Source of the DNA: Euglena gracilis
Lineage: Eukaryota
Length of the DNA: 64,000 nt
Assembly (NCBI GenBank): GCA_039621445.1
Contig: CP154954.1
Location: 1,922,001 to 1,986,000 of the forward strand
Reading direction: 5' to 3'
Of this stretch, positions 1 through 11,823 are shown piece after piece (positions within the stretch are counted from its first letter, which is position 1; each line of letters opens with the position of its first letter). Under the pieces are notes generated by a model. The model did no database searches. It saw only the letters and a list, made by a program, of their open reading frames with translations, and was not told the DNA's origin. Position numbers and translations under genes: made by a program.

Positions 1-1742
1 TACTCATATAACTGTATGTAGCTTTTTTTTTTATTTTAATTTTATTTTAAAGTATCTTATAATGATTTTTAATTTTACTCAAATTAATTATTTATTATTA
101 TGATTTAAAGTAATTTTTCTTTTAAAAAACTAAATTTTACTTTCAAATTTATTTAATTATGTAAATTTTTTGTTGCGATAATATCAACATAATTTCTATT
201 TTATAGGAAAAGAAATTCCATTAGAATTTTTGCATTTTTATCATAAATTTAATTTCCATTAAAAACAAAATATAGTTTTACCAAAATTAGACTTACTAAT
301 AAGTATTTCTTGGCTATAAGTAAAAATATAAAATAATTATTAAAATAATTTAATTAAAATTGGTTAAAAGTATTAAATTGTAAAAATTGTTTAAACCCGC
401 ACAGCTTGTACGCAAGCCTCAGAAGCTACACGATTAGCAGCAGCACCTGGATAAAATTAAGCAAATAGCAATAGCTCATTTTCAAGTTGTAAATATTATT
501 GACTTATAATATACAATTTTTCATAAATTAAAAATCTTTTTTAACTTAATATTTATAAGTTTAAAAAATAAAACATAAAAATGTTCTAACTTTAATTAAA
601 AACTATAAAATTTAATTAGTATTTCTTATAATGTTTTATTTTTATAAAATAAAAATTATTGAAAAAAATGTAATAAAAATGCTATTTTAAAATTTATTAA
701 AATCAAAAACAATTACTTTTAACTATAAATCACTTAAATTTATTATATAATTTTATACGGATAAAAGACAATAATTTTAATATTATTAACGGCAATATGT
801 TCATGAAATCAAGAATTTTGAAGAATATGAAACCATAATTACACTAAAAAAAACATTATTTAGAACACACAGCATTTCCCCAAGGATGACCTAAAGTTCC
901 ACCACCAAATTGAAGACAAGCATCATCACCAAAAATTTCAGTAAGAGCCGGCATATGCCATACATGAATGCCACCTGAAGCAACAGGCATTGTACCACCC
1001 ATACCACACCAATCTTGAGTAAAATAAATTCCACGAGAACGATCTTTTTCAACGTAAGCATCACGCATTAAATCTACAAAACCTAACGTTACTTCGCGTT
1101 CACCTTCTAATTTACCAACAACTGTTCCAGAATGAAGATGATCACCACCAGACATACGAAGTGTTTTAGCCAATACACGGAAGTGAATACCATGATTTCT
1201 TTGACGATCGATAACAGCATGCATAGCGCGATGAATATGTAATAATAAACCATTATCACGACAATACATTGCCAAGGAAGTGTTAGCCGTAAAACCACCT
1301 GTTAAATAGTTAAAATAGAAAATTTAAATTTTATAGTTTTCTCTTTACAAACTTGGCAAGAACTTTGAAATTCACCAACGCTTTTAAAAATTAATTACTT
1401 ATTAACAAATCAAAACTTATATTATTAAACAAATATATCAAAAATTCAATTTATAAACCTAAAAATTTTATGCTTTTTTCAAACAAATAGAAATTTAATT
1501 TTTATCTTATTAAAATAAATAAAAAATATCCGTAAAACCAAAAAATTAATAAACTTTTTTATAAAAAAATCCAATATCATCCGCACAAATAAAAATTTTT
1601 TATATTTAAAATTTTACTTAAAAAATAAATTTATTTATATTTTTTATAGTAATTTTCTCTATATTTTTCTATTTTTGATAAAAAGCTTGTCTCATGCATA
1701 TTATAATTGGAACACCAATTTGTGCGGCAAAAGAAGCACGTT
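1..1742 (-). CDS. rbcL: RuBisCO large subunit, partial inverted duplicate (three internal exons plus introns)
   Basis: Reverse complement of ~2225-3964. ORF 856-1275 is identical to 2691-3110 ([29 protein letters not shown]). 5' exons are absent. Confidence 0.93.
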
Positions 1743-2221
1743 GTGGATTTTAATACTTATCATAAAAAGTTATTTTAATAGTCTTTTTCAATACAAAATT
1801 TTTTAAATTAATATATCTGATTTTTTGAATACATAAGTTTACTTTTTATTTTTTATGCTTTGTTTCATAAAAATTAGTATTGTTAATTTTTTTTGTATTA
1901 GTTTTTTTTATTTGAATTAGTAGTTTATCGCCAAGAGAAATTTTAATTTTTGAGTACTTGTTTTATAAGTATAATGTAATTTTATGATATTATAAATCAA
2001 ATTAATGAAATTTTACAAAATAGATTTCAATTTTTTTATCTTTTGTAAAAAAATTAAAAATTTAATTTTTAAGAGAATAAATTAAATTTCTTTGCGGTAT
2101 TTGAATACATTTACTTGTAAAACTTTTTTGTTTATAAATTCGTTTAATTTTATAAAGCTGTATATAATAGAATTTATATGTACTGTTTGTGAATGAGTAT
2201 ACATGATTTACTTAATTTTAT
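1743..2221 (+). other. rbcL: rbcL group II-type intron (479 nt) forming the loop of the first fold-back
   Basis: Starts GTGGAT, ends TTAATTTTAT directly before the exon TAC AAA CGT (YKRASF). The 3' motif matches the other rbcL introns here. Confidence 0.75.
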
Positions 2222-4144
2222 TACAAACGTGCTTCTTTTGCCGCACAAATTGGTGTTCCAATTATAATGCATGAGAAAAGCTTTTTATCAAAAATAGAAA
2301 AATATAGAGAAAATTACTATAAAAAATATAAATAAATTTATTTTTTAAGTAAAATTTTAAATATAAAAAATTTTTATTTGTGCGGATGATATTGGATTTT
2401 TTTATAAAAAAGTTTATTAATTTTTTTGTTTTACGGATATTTTTTATTTATTTTAATAAGATAAAAATTAAATTTCTATTTGTTTGAAAAAAGCATAAAA
2501 TTTTTAGTTTTATAAATTGAATTTTTTTTTTTTTTTTTTAATAATATAAGTTTTGATTTGTTAATAAGTAATTAATTTTTAAAAGCGTTGGTGAATTTCA
2601 AAGTTCTTGCCAAGTTTGTAAAGAGAAAACTATAAAATTTAAATTTTCTATTTTAACTATTTAACAGGTGGTTTTACGGCTAACACTTCCTTGGCAATGT
2701 ATTGTCGTGATAATGGTTTATTATTACATATTCATCGCGCTATGCATGCTGTTATCGATCGTCAAAGAAATCATGGTATTCACTTCCGTGTATTGGCTAA
2801 AACACTTCGTATGTCTGGTGGTGATCATCTTCATTCTGGAACAGTTGTTGGTAAATTAGAAGGTGAACGCGAAGTAACGTTAGGTTTTGTAGATTTAATG
2901 CGTGATGCTTACGTTGAAAAAGATCGTTCTCGTGGAATTTATTTTACTCAAGATTGGTGTGGTATGGGTGGTACAATGCCTGTTGCTTCAGGTGGCATTC
3001 ATGTATGGCATATGCCGGCTCTTACTGAAATTTTTGGTGATGATGCTTGTCTTCAATTTGGTGGTGGAACTTTAGGTCATCCTTGGGGAAATGCTGTGTG
3101 TTCTAAATAATGTTTTTTTTAGTGTAATTATGGTTTCATATTCTTCAAAATTCTTGATTTCATGAACATATTGCCGTTAATAATATTAAAATTATTGTCT
3201 TTTATCCGTATAAAATTATATAATAAATTTAAGTGATTTATAGTTAAAAGTAATTGTTTTTGATTTTAATAAATTTTAAAATAGCATTTTTATTACATTT
3301 TTTTCAATAATTTTTATTTTATAAAAATAAAACATTATAAGAAATACTAATTAAATTTTATAGTTTTTAATTAAAGTTAGAACATTTTTATGTTTTATTT
3401 TTTAAACTTATAAATATTAAGTTAAAAAAGATTTTTAATTTATGAAAAATTGTATATTATAAGTCAATAATATTTACAACTTGAAAATGAGCTATTGCTA
3501 TTTGCTTAATTTTATCCAGGTGCTGCTGCTAATCGTGTAGCTTCTGAGGCTTGCGTACAAGCTGTGCGGGTTTAAACAATTTTTACAATTTAATACTTTT
3601 AACCAATTTTAATTAAATTATTTTAATAATTATTTTATATTTTTACTTATAGCCAAGAAATACTTATTAGTAAGTCTAATTTTGGTAAAACTATATTTTG
3701 TTTTTAATGGAAATTAAATTTATGATAAAAATGCAAAAATTCTAATGGAATTTCTTTTCCTATAAAATAGAAATTATGTTGATATTATCGCAACAAAAAA
3801 TTTACATAATTAAATAAATTTGAAAGTAAAATTTAGTTTTTTAAAAGAAAAATTACTTTAAATCATAATAATAAATAATTAATTTGAGTAAAATTAAAAA
3901 TCATTATAAGATACTTTAAAATAAAATTAAAATAAAAAAAAAGCTACATACAGTTATATGAGTACGTTTAGTTTAAAAATGAACCTTTTTTTTGGTTTAA
4001 TTTTATCGAAATGAAGGTCGTGATCTTTCTCGTGAAGGTGGTGATGTTATTCGTGAGGCTTGTAAATGGAGTCCAGAACTTGCTGCCGCTTGTGAAGTTT
4101 GGAAAGAAATTAAATTTGAGTTTGAAACTATTGATAAATTATAA
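2222..4144 (+). CDS. rbcL: RuBisCO large subunit, last four exons (2222-2274, 2657-3095, 3516-3563, 4007-4144), 5'-truncated
   Basis: Exons splice in frame: [25 protein letters not shown]...[34 protein letters not shown]...FETIDKL*. The last two introns start GTGTG and GTGCG. Confidence 0.97.
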
Positions 4145-4271
4145 TTAAAATAATTTCGTTTTATCTCAAATTTTTTTGAATATTTTTTAGTATTTTTTAA
4201 ATACGTTAAATTTTATAATTTTTAGAATAATGTTTAAATTTTTAAGTTCAAAAAGATCTTTTATTTTTTTT

Positions 4272-4436
4272 ATGGCGGTTCCAAAAAAGAAAATGTCCAA
4301 ATCTCGTAGAAACTCAAGGAAAAGTAACTGGAAAAAAAAGGTGCTTAAAAAAGTTCTTTTTGCTCTTTCTTTAGGAAAATCTTTTGAAGCGAATACTAAT
4401 GTTAATTTTTCTTTTGGAGACAAATTACCACAATAG
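4272..4436 (+). CDS. rpl32: 50S ribosomal protein L32
   Basis: MAVPKKKMSKSRRNSRKSNWKKK signature. Confidence 0.95.
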   Translation: MAVPKKKMSKSRRNSRKSNWKKKVLKKVLFALSLGKSFEANTNVNFSFGDKLPQ

Positions 4437-4470
4437 TGCTGTGATAATATGTAAAATTGTAATTATTTTT

Positions 4471-5427
<957 letters not shown>

Positions 5428-5538
5428 ATAAGGTTTTTCTTTGAGATAGGAAATTTCAAAGGACATATTTATATTTTATTAAAAAAATTTTTTAATATAG
5501 AATTTTGTTTATTGTTAAATTTATTTTTAGTTATTTTT

Positions 5539-7240
5539 ATGAAATTAAATTCTATTGAAGTAATAGGTAAGTTATGGATTTCTTAAAAAATTTTTTATAT
5601 TTATTTTAGATTTATTATGAATCATATAATTTTTTTAATTTAATTTTTTTAAAAATTTTTTATTTAACTAGAAAATCTTCTATTGCCAAAATAATTCTCT
5701 TCCTTCCTAAAGATGGTGGTGGTGAAATTTTGATTAATGGAGAAAAAGCTTTTAACTATTTGCAGTTGCGAGTTCTAAAAGTCTTTATTTAACATTTCCA
5801 AGTTAAGGGAAAAAAAATAATCTCGTTTATTTAAATTTTATTATTGATTTTTATTTAATAATTTTTAAGCATTTAATAGATTTATTATTTTTTAATTTAA
5901 TCCTAAAGATGATAAATTTCGAGTTAATAATTGAATTTAAATTAAGTTTAAGATAACAGTTGAAATTTTTAATAAAGTTAAATCGATATTAATATAGTTG
6001 CACATATTAATATACTAATATACTTCTTGGATAGAAATTCTTTTTAATTTGAAATCAAAATATTCAAATTTACCTTAGACGTAAGAACTAAATTTTTTTA
6101 TAATTTTTATATTTTATTCGAAAGACTTTCTTTAAATTATGATATACAAATATAAAAAAGTAAATGATAGATTATTAAACATTGTTATAAATTATCTTTA
6201 TTGTTCATAAAATTTTAATTAAGGAAGTATTTATGAAAGTTATTCTATTTTATTTTAATAAACTTTTTATGAGCTGGATACATTTATTGATGTTTGTCCA
6301 GTTCTTTTGAGGGAAATAATTTATCAATTTTATTTTCTATCAACTAATAACCTTCGTTGAGAAAAAGAATTTTTAAAATGTTATTTTTAATTTTTGTTTG
6401 TTTAATAAACTATTTTTTTATATATTTTTTCAAGTATTTACAATCTAAATAACGTTGAAAGTTGTATTTGTGTTTTATTTGTATTTTTTAATTAGTTTAG
6501 TTTTTTCTATTGCAAAACATTTTTTTTGTTTTAAAAATTAGAAAGTTATATTTTTATTCTATTGTAGTCCGTTCGAACTTCTTAACATTAATAATTATAA
6601 AGTTCATGCTTATGTAAAAGGAGGAGGCCTTTCTGGTCAAGCAGATGCCATTTTATGATTTTTAAGCGTTATGACCGAGTAATACCAAAAATTTAAAAAA
6701 ATTAAAGATTATATTTTTGTTTTATATTGTAGAAATTTTATTTTATGTAAAAAAACTTGCTATATCAAAATCATTAAGCGTTTTTATAGAAAAGGAAGAC
6801 AAAAAAAAACTGAAAGTGAACGGTTTTTTAACACGAAATTCTTTGTGTAAAGAAAGAAGAAGTTTGTATATTTAAGTCCTATTATTTTTTTGTATTAACT
6901 TTGTAACACTATTTACTATAAAGTTAATTCAAATATGTAATTTTTCATTAATTATTATTCATTTTATAAAAAATAGTTGTTTTATTATATAATTTCTTTT
7001 TGATTTTAAAGACAATTTTATATTAATAATAAAGAAAATATAGTTTTATATAATCGTTACAATATATAACAATAAATTATTAATTAAAAAAAAGAAAATA
7101 GTATCATCTATTTCAAAAGCTTAATCTTACATTTTTTAATGAAATAAAAAAGATGTTTAGTTTTGTAACAGAACTTTTTTCTAGTTTATTAATACGGTTT
7201 GAAAAAAGCGCGCAAAGCGCCACAATTCTCAAAAAGATAG
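5539..7240 (+). CDS. rps9: 30S ribosomal protein S9, multi-intron
   Basis: Exon peptides GK/RKSSIAK, VKGGGLSGQADAI, GFLTRNSLCKERR and YGLKKARKAPQFSKR*. Confidence 0.92.
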
Positions 7241-7338
7241 AATCTTCTTATTTTTTAAGAATAACTTCTTAATAGGTATATGTAAAAATTTTTGTAGAAA
7301 AATTTTATTTTTTTTATTATTGAAGAATTATTTTTATT

Positions 7339-7836
7339 ATGTCAACAGAAACAGATGAAATTTTAGAAAGACTTAAAAAAATTACTTTACTAGAAGCTTA
7401 CGAGCTAGTTAAACAAATTTTGGGGTTTTGTAAAAAAATTTTATTTTTTTTAGCTTTTATTATTATATTTTACATAAAATAATATTTTTTATTTTTTATG
7501 ATTTAGAATATTATTACTTTTTTGAAAATACCTTCGGTGTTGATGCTACTATTGCTTTGTCAGCTAGTAATACGAATCCATCAATTTTACCTTCAAAAGC
7601 GGATGAAACTGTAGTGGAGGAAAAAACTGAATTTGATGTTATCATCCAAGAAGTTCCAAGTGCAAAAAGAATTAATGTTATTAAAACTGTCCGTAGTTTA
7701 ACAACATTAGGTCTTAAAGAAGCTAAAGATCTTATTGAATCTGTTCCAAAGGTTGTATGTGAGGCTGTATCAAAAGAAAGCAGAAGAAACTAAAAAACTT
7801 CTAGAAGAAGCAGGAGCTTCAATAATTATTAAATAA
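7339..7836 (+). CDS. rpl12: 50S ribosomal protein L12, one short group III-type intron, apparent frameshift near 7779
   Basis: [27 protein letters not shown] / [10 protein letters not shown]...[15 protein letters not shown]. The C-terminal [18 protein letters not shown] is in a shifted frame. Confidence 0.92.
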
Positions 7837-7849
7837 GTTTTTTACCTTT

Positions 7850-9150
7850 AATTTTTTTTTTAGTTGTTTAAAATTATTTTTAAAAAAAAAGTTTCTATAA
7901 AAAATATTATTATTTTTTTTTAATTTTTTTTAATGTAAATTAATATAAAAAATCAATAGTTCTAAGCTCGGGAATAGTATAAAGGATGGGAAAATAAAAT
8001 AAATTTTTTGGGCGTTCGTGTTTTTTTTTTTTTTTTATTTTTAATTTTTTTTTTCTTTTTTTTTTATTTTTTTTTTTTTTTGATTATTTAAAAAATATTT
8101 AAATAATTAAAAATTAGAAAATAATAAATCATTTAGATTTATTAGGAAAAATTATTTTTTTTTTTTTTTAAATTTTTTTGAATTTTATGAAATAAGAAAA
8201 TTAATAAAAATATGACAAATAGTTATAATAAAAGAAAAAATTTTTTAAAAAAAAAAACACAAAAATTTAAATATTGATTTTTAAATAAAATGGAGTTGAA
8301 TTTTATTATTTTTATTTTTCTTTTTTTTTTTTTTTTTTTAGAAGAAAAAATAATAATAAATAAGAAGTAAATTAAAAAAATTTTTTTTTTTTTTAAATAA
8401 AAATTTTTTTTTTTTTTTTTTTATAAAAAAAAATAAAAAAAATTAGTGTAGAAATTTTTTGTTTTTTAATTTTTTAAAAGATATTTCTATTAATAAAAAT
8501 AAGAAAAAAAAAAAAATAAATAATATATAAAAAATGATTTTAATTAAAAAAAAAAAAAAAAAAAATTCAAAAAATATATTAAAAAAAATTAAAAAAAAAA
8601 AGTGAATTTTTATTTTTTAATAAATTTTGTTTTTTGAATTATAAAGATAAAAAATTTAGAATATTTTTTAAAACATTTTTTATTAAATTTTTTTTTTTAT
8701 TTTTTTATATAAGTATTTTTTATTTTATTTTTGTTTTTTTTTTTTTTTTTTTATTTTTTTTTTTTTTATAAAAAATATTAAATAAAAAAAAATTTAAAAG
8801 AAGAAAATTTAAAAAAACAGAAATAGAATTTTAAATGAAAAAGAAATTTATATTAATAAGAAATTAAAAAAAATTGTAAAAAAAATAATAAATTTAAATA
8901 TAGATAATTTTTTTTATTTTATTTTTTTTTTTATATTTTTTTTTTTTTTTTTTGTTTTTTTTGAATTTAATAAATAAATTTAATTTTATAGTAAAGTTTT
9001 TGTTTTTTATCAAAGAATTTTTTTTAAAAATTTTATTTTTATATAAAAAAAAAAATTGTGTTTTTTGTTTTTTTTTTTTTTTTTTAATAATTTATTAGTT
9101 GTTTTCTTTATTGATTTTTTTAATTATTTTTAAAAATTGTATAAAAGAAG
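7850..9150. other. Extremely low-complexity A/T tract, probably a garbled copy of the downstream psbZ-rpoA region
   Basis: Almost only A and T runs. AAGGATGGGAAAATAA at ~7982 matches psbZ at ~9338, with further faint matches in order. Confidence 0.6.
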
Positions 9151-9237
9151 TACAATTCTTTTTTATAAAAGTGATTTAGTATATATTTTAGTTTTTTATA
9201 TTTGGTTTAAGTGTAAAATGTTTAACTTTTAGTTATT

Positions 9238-9435
9238 ATGCTTTTATTTACATTTACGTTTCAAGCTTTAGTTTTAGCTCTAATTATTTTCTCTTTTATA
9301 TTGGTTCTTACGCTGCCAGTTATTTTTGCTTCTCCTAAAGGATGGGAAAATAACAAATCTCGTATTTGGTTGGCGTGTCGCTTCTGGTTTTTTTTAGTTT
9401 TTTTAATAGGAATATTGGATGGTATTTTCTTATAA
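9238..9435 (+). CDS. psbZ: Photosystem II protein Z (ycf9)
   Basis: FQALVLALIIFSFILVLTLPVIFASPKGWENNK signature. Confidence 0.95.
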   Translation: MLLFTFTFQALVLALIIFSFILVLTLPVIFASPKGWENNKSRIWLACRFWFFLVFLIGILDGIFL

Positions 9436-9600
9436 TTCATATTTTTTCTTTTTTTTATTTTTGATGAATTTTGATCTAAGAATATAGTTTAAATTAATTT
9501 AAAAAATTATGTTTTGTTTAACAATAAATCCTTATTAATTTTAACAAAAATTATTTTTTTTTTTTTTTTATAGAACGTAATTATTTATTATGAATCTTTT

Positions 9601-10371
9601 ATGAAATATTTAAAAATATATGTTTTAAGAAGTAGGCTATTAAAAGATGGTAATTTGGCTTTTTTTAAAGTAAAAAATCTACAATTTTTTGATAAAAACT
9701 TTTTTGTTACTGAAATTAGAAGGTATTTATTACTAGATTTGTTTAGATAATTTAATTAAATTTACAATATTTTAAGATTGTTAATAAAAGAAATAAATTT
9801 TTCCTAATAAAAAATTTATATAAATATTCGTTATAATTGAAAGATTAAGATCTATTTTTTTGAGAGTTGGAACATTACAAATGTTATGTTCTTTGTCACA
9901 AATAATTTAAAAAATACTAGTACTTTTCATGTTGTTCACAACTTTTTAGGTTTAGAAGAGTTAAAACAAAGTTTACTCGAAATAACTAAAAAATTCAAAC
10001 TTCTACGTTTTAAATTATGTTCAAAATCCTACCAAGGTAATAAATTTTTTGCTGTTTTAAATGCTTTTGAAGTGAAAGATTTTTTATCAGGAGATATAAT
10101 ATTTCCTCCTCATTTAAAACTACTAAATTCACGAGAATTATTGTTTACTAAAATTTCCTTTAATATTACTTTAAAAATTTTATTAAAAATAGAAGCAAAA
10201 AAAGCCAGTTTTCAAAAGCCTATTAAAAGATTAAATTTAATTATAGAAAAAGATGAATTTTTTGATAATTATATGATTTTTGATCTGACTACAGATGGAA
10301 GTGTTACACCTTTCAATGCATTTATCAAAGCATTGCAATCTTCTAATTTAGTTACTTTAACTAATGCATAA
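9601..10371 (+). CDS. rpoA: Divergent plastid RNA polymerase alpha subunit, one intron, N-terminal domain only
   Basis: Exon 1 ends TEIRRYLLLD (cf. GNALRRVLL). Exon 2 has SGDIIFPPHLKLLN and MIFDLTTDGSVTPFNAF (cf. LEVWTNGSITPEEAL). Confidence 0.82.
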
Positions 10372-10484
10372 ATTTTTTTAATATTTAAATTTAAATTAAG
10401 ATCAAAATAATTTTATATTATTTATAATAAAATATTGTGATTTGTATTAAAAACGTCAAATTTATTTTAATTTTCATTTTAATT

Positions 10485-10569
10485 CGGAGAAGGAGGGATT
10501 CGAACCCTCGGTAGCAAAAACTACGCTGGTTTTCAAGACCAGTACTTTAAACCACTCAGACACCTCTCC
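10485..10569 (-). tRNA. trnS: tRNA-Ser(UGA)
   Basis: GGAGAGGTGTCTGAGTGG...CT TGA AA anticodon loop, long variable arm, GGTTCGAATCC. Confidence 0.96.
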
Positions 10570-10579
10570 TTTCTGTTTT

Positions 10580-10653
10580 TCGGGATGACAGGATTCGAAC
10601 CTGCGACCCTTGCATCCCAAATGCAATGCGCTACCAAACTGCGCTACATCCCG
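10580..10653 (-). tRNA. trnP: tRNA-Pro(UGG)
   Basis: CGGGATGTAGCGCAG...TT TGG GA...GGTTCGAATCCTGTCATCCCG. Confidence 0.96.
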
Positions 10654-10748
10654 ATAAGGTTTTCTTTATTATTTATAATAAATTTACAAAAATCGTTATA
10701 GATTTAATGAACGTATTTGTATGAAATTGAAAGGTAAATTTTATTTAG

Positions 10749-10880
<132 letters not shown>

Positions 10881-10908
10881 AAATTTGAAGTATTAAAACT
10901 AAAGAATA

Positions 10909-11638
10909 TTAAAAAAAATCTTTAGTTTTAAAAGGAAGTAAGCCTAAATAGCGTGCTTGTTTAACTTTTGAATATACTTTTATTAAAATGTAGTCATAAT
11001 ATTAATCTTTAAAATGCGTATATTTTAATCTACTAAAGAAAATAATTTTAATTTTTAATTAAATAATTTAAATTATTTTATTTTTAATTAAAATTTTTAA
11101 TCTTACAATTTTGTAATTTTTAAAAAATAAGAACAATCATTTTACAAATTTATATTAAAAATAACTAAATGTTTTTCAAAATATAAAGAATTTTATAAAA
11201 AATATGTATTTGTTTTTAAAATTTTTGTGGAATACTCAATTTTATTGTTTTAATGTCACTATTATTTTTACTATTTTTTAATAATTTTAACGTGAAAACA
11301 TAATATGTTTTTTCTTAGAAAGACAAAAAAATTTTTTATTGTTTGATTATTGATATTATTGTCATTTTAATTTTTTTAATATTTTAAATAAAATCAAAAA
11401 GATTTTCTTAGAAGACGGTGCTGTTTATATGTTAATTTAGGTTTGTTTAATCGTTTTGGAATTATTTTACCTTGAAAGTTTATGAATCTTCTAAGAATAT
11501 TAACATTTTTATAATCAATAAGTGCTGGGTATATGATAAAAATTCTTTCTAAAATTTTGTTAAGATTTATATTAAAAATAATTTTATTTTATAATATTTT
11601 TATTTTAATTTATTTAAAAGTACAATCACAAATTTCAT
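10909..11638 (-). CDS. rps18: 30S ribosomal protein S18, two introns (start position approximate)
   Basis: [23 protein letters not shown]...KQHRLLRKS / [12 protein letters not shown]. Confidence 0.88.
10966..11399 (-). other. rps18: rps18 intron 2 (434 nt), complex group III twintron
   Basis: Starts TTTTG (NUNNG). Length is about four times the ~100-nt group III unit. A complex twintron in this intron is known in E. gracilis. Confidence 0.8.
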
Positions 11639-11823
11639 AAAGTTAAAACATCTTATAACATAAATAAATTTAATATAAATTTAGTTAAAATTTATTAAAT
11701 TTGTTCCCATTATTAAGGGAAAAATTTTGTTTTTTATTTACTGAATTTTTTAAAGTTTTTCATTTATTCGGGCAAATACATAGATATTATTGGCATATTT
11801 TTACTATTATAACTAATATCGAG

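Noticed and set aside
856-3110. Short 139-aa RuBisCO-like proteins
   Set aside because: They are a single rbcL exon read into the following intron
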